A stretch of 64,000 nt of DNA from Azolla caroliniana (lineage: Eukaryota > Plantae > Polypodiophyta), in the NCBI GenBank assembly GCA_043228905.1, contig JBHGNT010000013.1, positions 11,098,001 through 11,162,000 on the forward strand. The letters are read 5' to 3'. Below, piece after piece: positions 50,282-62,471 of this stretch (position 1 is its first letter; each line of letters begins with the position of its first letter). The notes beneath the pieces were generated by a model. That model did not search any database. It was not told where the DNA came from and saw only the letters and a list, made by a program, of their open reading frames with translations. A program made the translations under genes and the position numbers.

Positions 50282-53200
50282 TCATTTGCTGGTCCCCCCC
50301 CCTTTGTTCGGGTCGGTTCGGGTCGGTTCGTGTCGGTTTTCCGGGATGGTCCTCGTCAGTATCAGTGTCGGTTCTTCCTCGGTCCGAATGTCTTCAGCAG
50401 CGTCTGTCAGTGTCGGTTCTTCCTCTTGCCGGATTTCCGGGTTTCGCTTGAACGGGTTGGCTGGCATATTTCCTTTATACGGCTTTAGCCGAAATCCATT
50501 TGCCCACTTGCCGATGACATCTCCAGACAACGTGCCGAGCTGATACGACCCATTGTACTCCTTGGTGATCCAGAACGGTCCGGTCCATCGAAACCGCAAC
50601 TTTCCCGGCATGTTCCCCATCCTTGTCTGGAATAGTAGCACCGGTTTCCCGACTTCGAACTCCTTTTCATTGCCACGTCGGTGTCGGTCCACGAAGGCTT
50701 TTCTCCTCCTTTGCTCCAGTTCGAGTTGTAGTAAGCTGGCTATTCGGTTTTCCTCTAATTCCAACAGCGTTGCCAGTCGGATTCGTTCGGACTCGTTCTC
50801 ACTTAAGCGCTCCTTTACCTGAATCCGTAAGCTGGGGATCTGGAACTCTACCGGCATGACCGCTTCTAACCCGAATGCTAGTCGGAACGGGGTTGTCCGG
50901 ATGCTGGTTTTGTACGTTGTTCGGTACGCCCATAGCGCGCTTTGCAATTTCGTATCCCAGTCGGTCCGGTTCTCGTTGACGATTTTTCGTAGGATGTTCT
51001 GCAGAGTTTTGTTCGTTGATTCCGCCAGTCCATTGGCTTGAGGGTAGTAGGGTGTACTCTTTTTATGTACCACCGCGTAAAATGACGTCAGGCTTTCTAC
51101 TACCTGCCCGAGAAAATGTCCTCCTTGGTCACTTATAAGCTCGATCGGGCATCCATACCGGCACCATATGCATTCGTACAGAAACTTTGCCGTGGAAGCG
51201 GCCGTGTTGTCCCGTAAGGCCTTTGCTTCTACCCATTTGGTGCAATAGTCGGTCGCCACTATGACATACCGATTTCCGGTTCGCATTGCCGGTGGTTTGA
51301 AGGGACCGACAAAGTCCAACCCCCACTTTTAAAATGGTTCTAAGGGCAAGACCGGGTGGTGTGGCATCCGAGCCTGCTCTGTGAGTTGGCCCAGTCATTG
51401 ACACAAATCGCATTCTCTGCTATACTTCACGGCATCTTTTAGGGTGGTCGGCCACCACAGTCCGCTCTGCCATATTTTCCGAGCGGTGGCGTCGCCGGCA
51501 TAATGCCCGCCGGCAATTCCACAGTGGGCTTCCCTAAGGATTAGATCCTTCTCATCACTCCGCACTGCTCGTCTCCAGATGCCGTCTGCCCCCTTGTGAT
51601 AGAGGGTGTCTCCAACCAAGCAGAAATGTCTACTTCTTACTGCTACCCTTTTCCTTTCATCGCGGTCCATGTTGTCCGGGGGAACTCCGGTGCTCAGGAA
51701 CTGGTGCATCTCAGTTAGCCATGTGTCTTCGTCGGCTACCGTTGTATCCGTTGCCGGTTTTGTCGTGATCCGGAACAATTCGGCGTCGGGAAACTCATCC
51801 TGGACGCCGTCCCTTGCTTCTCCGGATTCAAGTCTGCTTAGATAGTCCGCAACCGCATGCTGCGCCCCGGGTCGGTGGAAAATGTCGAATTCAAATTCCT
51901 GTAGTAGCAGTGTCCACCGTGCAATTTTTCCCGTCAGGGATGCCTTCGAGACCAGGTAGAGTAGTGCCGAATGGTCGACATGGAAGGAAAACTTCCTTCC
52001 GAGCAGATAGTGCCTGTACTTTGTGACACTATACACCATTCCCAATGCCTCGCATTCCGTCGTAGAGTAATTCCGTTCGGCTTTTGAGAGTTTCCGGCTT
52101 GCGTAGTACACCGGTCGGTACCATTTCGGCTCTGTGAGTTGCATCAGAACGCTGCCGATTGCTACGTCCGACGCGTCGACGAAGACGTGAAAGCTTTTAC
52201 TCCAATCCGGCGGTTGCACCACCGGAGCTTGCGACAGCATGACCTTCAACACTTTGTAGGCTTCCTCCTCCGTCTCTGCCCATAGGAAGGGTACCCTATG
52301 TACGGCGGTATGTAACGGTGTAGCGAAGTCCGCGAGGTGCCGTATCATCCGGCTATGCCACCTTATTTGGCCCAGGAACCGGCTTAAAGCATTTGCGTTA
52401 CTCGGTGCTGGTGCATCGAGAATCGCCTTGACTTTATCCGGATCTACCGCGATTCCTTCCTTACTCACCACGTGCCCTAGCAAGTTGCCGCTTGCCACTC
52501 CAAAGACGCACTTGGCCGGATTCAGGCTCAATCGGTACTCGCGGCACTTCTCCAAGCACAGCCGGAGGTGATCGAGATGCTCTCCGTACCGGCTGTAGAC
52601 CGCGAAATCGTCAAGGAAGACCTGCATAAAACCGGGGATATATTCCCCGAAAATTTCCATTATTATCCTTTGAAAGGTCGCTGGAGCCGTCTTTAGTCCG
52701 AACATCATCACGACCGCGACGAACACTCCCCATTCCGTCACGAACGCTGTCTTCTCTTGGTCGGCCGGGTTCATTCGTATTTGGTTGTAGCCGCTAAATC
52801 CATCCAGGAAGCTGTAAACTTCGTGCCCGGCTACCGCATCTAACACCCCGTCCGTAAATGGTAGTGGAAACGCATCGGTCACTGTTGCGGCATTTAGTTT
52901 TCGGTAGTCCACGCATACCCGGATTTTTCCGTTCTTTTTCGGGACCACCACTATCGGACTCAGCCAGGTTGCCTGCTTGACCGGTCGGATAAATCCGACC
53001 CGGAGGAGCTTATCAATTTCCTCCTTCACCTTTGCCGCATAATTCGGATTCATCCGGTACCTGCGTTGAGCAATCGGTTTCGCGTCCATACTTAGGTGAA
53101 TTTGGTGCTGATAGAGCTGGGGGTCCAACCCTCGCATGTCTTCGTATGACCACGCGAACACATCCTTGAAGTCTGTTAACAATGCTACCATTGCCTTCTT

Positions 53201-56200
53201 TTCTTCCTTCGGCAATTCCTTTGCAACATTTACCGGTCGGGGCTTGTCTGCTGTGCCGAGGTCCACCTCCTCGAGTTGGGATGCTTTTACCCTCTGGGAT
53301 ATCGTCATTTCCCTCTCTAGGGATTCCTACGCTTGTCGTAGTTCCCGGATCGCCGCTTGGTCCGGTTCTTCCGGCGTCGTAATGTACGGTTCTACTGCCG
53401 CCGTGATATCCACCTCAAATAGTGGGACGATTCGTGGGTGTTCCTCGAGGTACCGCTCGACTTCCTCGTCCGGTAATCCCTCCAACATGTTAATGCTTTC
53501 CGCATACAATGGAGTTGCTTCCTTACTGGTGATCACCCGTGGTTGCGTCGTTACTCGTACCTTTGTTTTCCCTCGCCGGAATGTGATCATGTTCTTTTGC
53601 CAGTTCTGCTTGATATGCGCCGTCCGCAGCCATGGTCGTCCTAGCAGTAGGGGGTACGCGCCTTGTACATTCAGCTGCAGCACCACGGCCGATATCCGGA
53701 ATACGTGGCCTCCGATCGTGATTTCCAAATCCCGGATAAGCCCGGTCGGTCGGACTGAGCTAGTATCCGCCATGCGTAACCAGAAGGGGCATGGTTCCCA
53801 TTCCCGGATGCCCAGGTCGTTGCATGTCTGTTGGCTGATGACATTTACCCCAGAGCCTCCGTTAATAATCGTTCCAGCAATTTCCTTTCCTTTTACGATT
53901 GTCGTGATCGCCGGGCTACTTGTATCGACCACCGCTGGTCCTTCCTCCGGGTTGGAGAAGAATGCCGGTGCTGGCGTCGGCTTCGGTTTGCTGACGGATG
54001 CCTGTAAGTCTGCCGTAAATCGTGGCACTAACTGTAGTAGTCGTGCTAATGGCAGCACGATTTGACAGTCCTGTAGCGCTTGCCACGTCGGGTTTTCTCC
54101 TTGCTGTATAATTTCTTCGTCTTTTGGCATATTTCGGTCTCTTACTTCTGCCGCATTCTGTTCATTGGCCTTCTTGATCCATTGTGTCGCTTGTTTTCTG
54201 ATTGCCTCCTGGGCTTCCCACTCGGCGGTCTTTCCCTTTGATCGGGTTGTGACCTGCTGTACTTCTGTTATTTCAGCTGTAACCATGTTGACTTCCGGCT
54301 GCTTGTCATAGCTTTTGCTTGGGCATTGGTTACTATAGTGGCCTTCCTTGCGGCAGTAATAACAGTACACCTTGTGACTGTTGCTCGTTTCTCCTTTGTC
54401 CCCGGTTTGGAGGGTGGGTATGCTCCGGCGGTCGTCTTCGGTTTTTCGGTTATCCGGTACGGATATCGGGTTGTCATTCCTTGCTGCCTCCCGACGTTCC
54501 TCTCTTCGGAAAAATCCACGCTTCTGATTCCGTCGGAAATTTCGGTTCCCTTGTCTCCTCTCTTCTCTGCGTCGGTCGTATTCCGGGGCTCCGTCTCGGT
54601 CGTACCGGTCCCGGGGGTAGCTATCTTTACGTCTCTTCTCTCGGTCATAGTTGTCGCGTCTTCTATCAGCGTATCCTTGTCGCCTCTCTTCTCCGCATCT
54701 GTCGTCTTCCGGGGATTCGTCTCTGTCGTACTGGTCCCGGGGGTAGCTATCTCTGCGTCTCTCCTCTCGGTCATAGTTGTCGCGTCTTCTATCAGCATAT
54801 CTGTTACCGCGTTCGCGTTGGTAGCGGTCGTCTCTCCGGAATCGATCCTCTTCCGGGTTCTGATTGCGCGGTTCTATGTGTCGAACCGGTGCTGCCTGCC
54901 GATTTAACAGGTTGTATTCGCATCGGTCCGTTGTATGAGCTCGAGAGTTGCAGATCACACATTGTGTCCGCAGGGTGCAGTCTACTGTTGAGTGCCCCGA
55001 ATTCAGGCATGTTGTACATTGTAAGGCCTGTCGGAACCTCAGGTCTTCCTCTTTTGGGAGTGCCCGGTGTAACATCCCCATCGACAAGAAGGGGCTAGTC
55101 TTGTCCATTTCTAAAACCCGATCAATAACTTGGTCCATTGTGCTGGTTTGGAAATCAAGGACTCCGCACATTGTTCGAAGTGGCTCTTTCAGTGCGGCCA
55201 GAAAGACTGCTTTGGCTTCGTCTTCGGGGGGTGTTCTTGTCAGTTGGCTGTGCAGGGTCTGGAACCGAATGATGAATTGTGGCATAGTCTCGTTCTCTTC
55301 CTGCCGGGTGGTGTAGAATTGCCCGACCAATTCCCTTTGCTCAAATTGTCGGTGAAAAAACCTGAGGAATCTGGCCTTCAAGGCATCGAATGTGGCAAAG
55401 GTGCCTGGTAAGTGCTTTGCGTGCCATTGGGCCGCCGGTCCTTCTAAGGTTATGCCGAATTCGGCGATTTTGGATCGTTCGGCTTCGGGCTCCGTCAGTC
55501 TTTGGGAGATATGGTTGGCTTCCCATGTTTGGAGGAATGCGTACACGTGTGCCTCCGCGTCGGCCTCATCCCGGTACTTTGGGTATGGGTACGACATCGT
55601 GTCGTCCAAATGACTCTCCTGTTCCCTCCGTTCTCTGTCCGCTGTTGGCGTTGGTGTGAGAACCTTTGGTTCCTCCGCGGGTGTTGCCGGTGTCCGGTCC
55701 GTTGGTTCCTCCGCGGGTGTTGTCGGAATCCGCTCCTTCGGTTCCCTCGCGGTTGTTGTCGGTATCCGGTCAGCCTTCCTCGACGGTTGCCGGTCACCGA
55801 ATTCCAGGGTTATTTCTTCCTCTGGCGCCGGTGTTACTGAGTCTTCCGATCCCTCGTCCTCCCGGTCGTTTGGTGTGTCGTGGCTGCTTTTATACCGGGA
55901 TGCAACGCTTCCGTCGCTTTCCGACTCCGCCTCAAGTGTTGCGAATGCTTCCGAGTCCCCGTCGCCCGCGGCGAGCGTCTGCAGTATCGTTTCCGCCTCT
56001 TGCAGGCTTGTTATGCTACTGCCTTCGTCGGGGATTTGCAGAACCCGGAACTACAGTGCTTCTTCTGCGACTCTCCGAAGAGTTTTGGAGAATGACCGAT
56101 CCCGCCGGATCTCGTCGACGGCTTGCTGCAGGGCTTCCCGTCGTTGCTCGCGTTCGGTGTATCGTCTCCCTCGTTCGGTGATGTGGTCGTCGTTTGGTCT

Positions 56201-56206
56201 AGACAT
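50282..56206 (-). pseudogene. G3 gag-pol with stops
   Basis: ORFs 53327-55609, 51395-53308 (FLDD), 50282-51319; N-terminus MSRPNDDH at 56206 resembles G2 MTRPTHD. Confidence 0.92.
54549..54800. repeat. 126-bp (42-aa) tandem duplication in the R/D-rich part of G3 Gag
   Basis: YADRRRDNYDRE...EERRQG occurs twice. Confidence 0.85.
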
Positions 56207-56926
56207 CCATCCCCCGGTTGTCCTCTGCACTTTGCAGGAATCGTGGTCGCCAAAATAGTGTTGTCTGTCTGGCCGGACTAGCCTCAACACAGGTGTCTAT
56301 CCGACACTTCTCCAAAGGGGTGGTAAGGATTGGATGCTAGGTTACACGCATCAGATAATTACAATAAGCACGGACGGCAAACAATACGAGATACAGATAA
56401 ATACACGACAATTACTATTGTATTACTTCCGTCGAAACACTTTACAAATCATCGGATCCTTTTATAGGCATCCGGCAAGGTTACAATCGGTGCGCTTAGG
56501 CAACCGACATCCGAATCGGTTCGGATCCGGATCGGTACAACTGTACCGAATCCGTCCCTCAGAATAATAATTCTACTATTACTTCCTATTATCCGATCCG
56601 CCTTCCCACTTGTCCTTGCTCTTCTGACCGGCCAACAGTCGGCTATGCACACTTTGCCTTAAACAAGTTCGCGAGTCTGAGCATCACACTTTGATACAAT
56701 GCTCTGCCTTTGATCATATTCGACCATGCTTTCCACATCTCTTCGATCGAGCCCAATCTTTGCATGAATTCCTCTCACAACCACAATGTGCACTCTCGAT
56801 TGCAACATTCATTGGTAAAGTTCTTGAACATCGAGACTCACTACTCACTTTCACACATATCACGTGAAATGTAATATTTTTGGTCTCATAGGTCATATTT
56901 AACCTCCGAAGACGATAATATAATCT

Positions 56927-56927
56927 T

Positions 56928-56959
<32 letters not shown>
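56927..56959 (+). repeat. (TATC)n microsatellite, probable LINE 3' tail
   Basis: About 60 nt after the LINE ORF stop. Confidence 0.85.
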
Positions 56960-56986
56960 CATAAGTTACTTGAAGATTAGGGCCTT

Positions 56987-57302
56987 TGTTGAGCTGCAAG
57001 ATCAACCGGATCCGGATCGGCTGAATAAGCCTGAGCTGGATCGGCATTTGGAAGGATGAGCCGGATCAGTGAGCCAGTGAGCTAGGGAGCCGGTTAGCCG
57101 GATCCATCAGTAACCAGAAGCCTAGTAGCAACCTAGACTACTAGGTAGTTAATGTCTCATAGTTAGTGTCAGACGCTCGTGTGAGCATTGAAGTACACCG
57201 TACTTCTATCAGTCTGTATGGACTTGTATAAAAGGGTTCACTGAACACATACGATGTATAGATTGAGTATTATTTTGAATTGAGTTTTTTCTGTGTGCTC
57301 TC
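56987..57302 (+). mobile_element. Partial family-C copia LTR, plus orientation, interrupted by C2
   Basis: Starts TGTTGAGC; matches the reverse complement of 44119-44509. Confidence 0.8.
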
Positions 57303-60300
57303 TGTAGAAAGTAACGTGCGGAAGCAAGTATGAAGACCGAACAGAAGGAAGGAAACTCAGGTTCAATGGAGAGCTTGGGCTTACACGGTATACGTAGGAG
57401 AGACAGAGAGAGAAACACAAAAAACTATATTCAACAATAATACTCAGTCTGTACATAAGACTTGCTCAGAGAGCACTTTTATACAAGTCCTAGAAGGACT
57501 GACCGAAGTACTGACAGTACTTCAATGCTCATCAAGAGCTCTTACAATAACTCCCAAATATATTCCTCACGGAATATCTTTCCTAACGACCTCCCGGTTT
57601 ATGTACTCGACCTAACCGATCGGTCCCAACCGATCCGGTCCTCGGCTTCTTCAGCCGATCCGGTCGATGTTGAGCTTGTCTCTCAACACTCCCCCTCAAG
57701 CTCAACTTGAGGCTCTTCGGGATCTTCACAGCACCGATTCCTCCTGGCTTCTCGCCTCGCTCGCGCTCCTCGACCTGTTCGACTCCGCGCGCTTCGACCC
57801 TTCCGGTCGGCTTGTCTGCTCATGTGGCCCTCATCAGCTCTTCTGTTGTTGCGGTGTTGACGCTTCTTCTGCTGCCTTTTCTTCCGCTTGGGCCTCGGTT
57901 GATTCAGCGTGTCTGAATCAAACATCCGAACCGACTCGGCTACCTCCGATCGGTCTTCGCTCTCGTCCGAGTTGGCTGTCTCAACCTCGTCTTCGGTCTT
58001 CTCGCCGTCGATGGCGTCATCCTCCTCATGCGTGGTTGGCTTCGGCTCTCTCCTTCGGTTGCTCCCCTTCTGTCCGCTTTCGAACTTTTCCGCAGGTCCG
58101 CCCTCGGCTTCTTCAGCCGATCCGGAGTCGAACTCGACAACCGAGTCAACCGACTCGGTGGTGTCGCGGTCTCCGCTCCTTTCCTACTGCCTTGCTTGGT
58201 CATTCGGGACTATTCTCCCCCTCAAGTTCGGCACATCGAGGTGACGCAACCCGAGCGCACCTGAGAATTGCCGCAACTTGTCCAGACCAAGAGGCTTTGT
58301 GAAGATGTCGGCAGTTTGCCGATCCGTCGGCACGTACTGAAGTTCGACTTCACCGGAAAGGACACGCACACGGACGAAATGGTAGTGCACCTCAATGTGC
58401 TTGGTCCATGCATGGAAAACGGGGTTCTTCGCGAGCTGGATGCTGCTGAGGTTGTCGCAGTAGATCTTCGTCGGATCTGACACCTCCACTTACAGGTCCT
58501 TAAGTAGCCGCTTCAACCATATGGCTTCGCATGTCGCGACAGCCGCTCCTCGGTACTCGGCTTCGGTGCTCGACAGGGCAACTGTCGGCTGCTTCTTACT
58601 GCTCCACGCGATCGCGGCAATCCCGAGGGAGAACGCGTATCCAGACGTGGATCGGCGATCGGCGGCGTTGCCAGCCCAATCTGCACCGGTCCAATATAGC
58701 AGTCCCCGGTCCTTAGTGCCGTTGACATATCGAAGTATGCGTTGCGCACACTGAAGGTGCTCCTCGGTAGGCCGCGCCAGGAACTGACTGATCACCCCGA
58801 CCGGATAACTGAGGTCGGGTCGGGTGATGGTCAAGTATATGAGGCTTCCGACAATTTGTCGGAACCTCGTCGGGTCGCATACCTTTCCCATATCGGGATG
58901 AGGCTTGACGGTTCTGTCCAGAGGAGTCGAGATGGACTTACAGTCGGCCATCCCGAATTTGAAGAGCATACTCAACACGTAATGACGTTGGATAATCAAT
59001 ATGCCTTCGGGGGTACGGATCACTTCGATCCCGAGGAAGTAATGAAGGTCCCCCAGATCCTTCATGTCGAACGATGCCGCAAGCTGGAGCTTCACGCGGT
59101 CTATTTCACCTAGGTCGGTGCCGGTGATGACCAAGTCATCAACATATAGTAAAATACTAACTGGTCCGAGTCGACCTTTTCGGATGAACAGGGAAGAGTT
59201 CGATTTTGATGTGACGAAGCCCAACCGACGCAGTTGTTGCGTGATCTTCGCGTTCCAGGCACGCGGGGCTTGATTCAGTCCGTAAAGGGACTTCTTTAGT
59301 CGGCATACTGCCGAGGAGTTCGTTCCAGAGTGAAATCCGGGGGGCTGCACCATGTACACCTGTTCCTCAAGGTCACCTTACAGGAACGCATTCTTTACAT
59401 CCATCTGGTGTAAGTGCCACCCCTTGGCCGCGGCTACTGCAAACAAAACACGGACAGTCGTCATTTTCGCGACCGGCGCAAACGTCTCATCGTAGTCGAT
59501 GTCGTGTTTCTGCGCGTAGCCCTTTGCCACTAGCCGAGCCTTGTACCGGTTGACCGAGCCATCGATGTTGTACTTGACCTTGTACACCCACCTACACCCG
59601 ATCGGTTTTACCCCCTTCGGTGCGTCAACCAGGTCCCAGGTCTCGTTCTCCGCCAATGCGTGCATCTCTTCCACCATCGCGGCACGCCAATTCGCGTCTT
59701 TAGCCGCTTCTGCGTAGCTCTCCGGCTCACGCACTTCCGCTACACGGGTCATGTACGCATAATGATGCGCCATGTACTCGTTGTATCCGAACCGCACAAC
59801 TGGGTTCTTCTGGCGGGTAGATCGGCGTAATCTCACATTAGCCGATGTCGAGGCCTTCTCAGTCGACGCGGCCTTCACCTTTAAAGACCCGTCACCGGTT
59901 CCCTCGGAGTCGGACTCGCGTCGGTCTGACTCGTTCTTATCCGTGCCGGAATCCGACACCTTCTTCTTCCCTTTCTCTTTGCGCGTAAGCCGTCTCCTCG
60001 GCTTCCTGTGCGGGGAATGCACGGCCGAGTCTCCACAACTCGCCGCCTCTTCATCGGACTGGTCGTACCGACTCAGTCGTCCAATCGGTCCACTTAACCG
60101 GAGTGAAATCGGACACTCTTCACGGGTCTCGATTTCGGGCTCATCCGGAGGCATCTCAGCCTCGCTGACCTCATCGTCAGAGCTCGTATTGGAGTCGGGG
60201 TTCCGAGTCGGGGGCAGGTACCAGGACGCGGACTCGTCAAACACAACGTCGCGGCTGACATGCGCTTGTTTGGTGCGAGGGTTATAGCACTTATAACCCT

Positions 60301-62053
60301 TCTGCTCGTCCGAGTAACTGACCAAGATGCACTTCTCGGCCTTTGCGTCCAGCTTCCTCCTCTTCGCCTTCGGTACATGCACATACGCAATGCTACCGAA
60401 CACCCTCAAGTGTCGCAAGTTCGGCTTCGTTCCGAAATATAGCTCGTGCGCTGACACTTTGTCTCCGATCCGGTTCTGGATGTATACCGCAGTCCTTACC
60501 GCTTCGGCCCAGTAGAACTTGGGCAAGCTCTTCTCCTCTAGCATTGCCCATGCCGCTTCCACAACTGACCGATTCTTCCTCTCGGCCACGCCGTTCTGTT
60601 CCGGCGTGTATCTGCAACTGAATTCACGGCGAATTCCCATTTGTTGTAGGTAACCGTTGAATTGACCGGAAAAGTACTCTTTTCCACCATCCGACCGCAG
60701 ACACTTGATCTTTCGCCCCATTTCGGCTTCCACGAACCCTTTGAGGTCCCGGAAATAGTCGAAGACTTCGCTCTTCCTCTCAATGAGGTAGATCCACGTG
60801 TGCCGCGTGTGGTCGTCGATGAAGGAGACGAAATATCGGCTCCCGCCAAGACTAACGTTTTGTGCCGGCCCCCATACATCGGAGTGTATAAAGTCGAGCC
60901 TGTTCCGGCTCCGGTTTCGCTCGTTTGGGAAAGGAAGTCGGTGTTGCTTCCCGAGCTGGCAGGCTTCACAAATTTGTGCCTTTCGGCCACTAAATTTGGG
61001 CAATCTGAACACTACCTGTTTCAATTGCAAATCTTGAAGCCGTTGGTGGTTGACGTGGCCTATCCTCTTGTGCCACAAGTCTATGTCTGACTCGGTCTTT
61101 TGTCCCTTCGCGAACATTGCGGTGCCGCCGTCAGTGGAGTCGAGGATGAACATCCTCCCGTCTCTGCGCCCTTGCGCAATCACACGGCCTTCTTCCTCAA
61201 TGAAGCACCCGAGCTGTGTAAACCGAACCTCCATCCCTTGGTCGACGATTTGTCCGACCGAGACCAAGTTTTTCGTGATTGTCGGAACGTGCAGCACGTT
61301 CATGAGTTTCCCTTTCTGCCCGACATGGCTAAGGGGAACTTCTCCGACATTCGCGATCAAATGCGGAGTGTCATCTCCTGTTGCGACTACTCCAAGTTGT
61401 ATCGGTTTTTCAAGGTACGAGAAACACTCCTTATGGCTCGTCATGTGGTTTGACGCGCCGGAGTCTACGTACCACACCTCGTCCGATCTCGGGGTGCTCT
61501 GTTTCATTGAGTTTGCTTCGTGTCTCGTCACAAAGGCAGTCCCTTCTCCGGCTCTCCCAGAGTCTTGGGCGTAGTGTGATCGCTGCCGATTTCCTTTATC
61601 GGTATGTCTGGAGCCGTTCCCGAAACCAGTTCTCTCCGAATCGGCGCGCTTCTTCCAGCACTCACTTTCCTTGTGGCCTTTCTTGCCACAGTACCAGCAC
61701 TCCACGATGGCCTTCCCTTGCCGGTTCTCATCGCTTCGACTCCCCCTGTTTCCGAAGGGTCCGGAGTTGCTGTCGGCATCACTTCGGTGTCTTCTTCCTT
61801 GATCTCGTCGGCCGCCTCCATTGCGTGCCGACTCGCCTCGTCCTCCACGTCCACGGGGCCTATCTCCCTCCGTGTACAGCATTCTGTTGTCGGTGTGCGT
61901 GCTTCTAGATGCACCCGCGTGGTTCTCCTCTACCAGGAGCATCGACTGTAAGTTGAAAAAGGACGACGTATTCTCCCGGGTACACACAGCCGTTCGGAAC
62001 GCTCCGAACTTCGACGCCAAACCTCCGAGACAGATCTGGACCATCTCGCTCTC
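57303..62053 (-). mobile_element. Copia C2 (3' LTR 57303-57688, PPT 57689-57700), cut in gag
   Basis: LTR TG...CA; PPT CTTGAGGGGGAG; largely intact pol. Confidence 0.92.
58184..62044 (-). pseudogene. C2 partial gag-pol with two in-frame stops
   Basis: ORFs 59378-62044 (CWYCGKKGHKESEC, WYVDSGAS, HSDVWGP), 58490-59359 (YVDD), 58184-58489 (TKHIEVHYH). Confidence 0.93.
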
Positions 62054-62471
62054 TGTTACCGGCCGGCAAGGAGTCCAAAATACGGAGTGAAGGAATTAAT
62101 TAAGTATGGTTGTAAATAAGCATAGTGTGGACGGACGGACTGGAAACGGTATGCCGTTCCAGATCCGGACGGATCCCGAATAGGTGCGATAGGCACCGTT
62201 TTGTACTACGGGCCGGAAACCTATTTAAAGGCCCGGACTCCATTGTAATCGCAGCGGATAATTAATAGAGCGTATGGTGTTTATACTTCTGTGTTGATTT
62301 CTGTTCTGTACTTACTGTTATATCTTACGTGTGTAATTAACAAAAGCGCTCTATCGTGTAACCTACTTAAGTCGGTGTAATCGTTGAGTCATAATCCTAT
62401 GCCGTAATCACCCTTTGGTGAAGTGTCTCCGTGACATCTTGCGTTAGGCCTTGTCCGGTCAGAGAATAACA
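62054..62471 (+). repeat. G2-family LTR in plus orientation
   Basis: Reverse complement of 26853-27271 with few differences; flanks are not a TSD. Confidence 0.93.

Larger units (their letters stand above)
46443..56637 (-). mobile_element. Gypsy G3, relative of G2, with ORF3
   Basis: LTRs 46443-46806 and 56259-56637; TSD GTCGG at 46438-46442 and 56638-56642. Confidence 0.96.
44924..56959 (+). mobile_element. 5'-truncated non-LTR retrotransposon (RTE-X-like LINE), pieces 44924-46442 and 56638-56959
   Basis: NNYRTI, QAGFR, FVDFKKAFD, GVKQGCPLSP, YADD, FKYLG; after removing G3 the ORF continues RLCTLC...H...C to a stop at 56865-56867; (TATC)n tail. Confidence 0.88.

Noticed and set aside
53136-54065. 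Long antisense ORFs over pol/ORF3 (also 49072-49896, 39250-40065)
   Set aside because: Shadow frames of GC-rich coding sequence with no recognisable motifs
62048-62053. GCTCTC matching the left flank of C2 (57297-57302) as its TSD
   Set aside because: Low-complexity match with no C2 5' LTR next to it; may be chance
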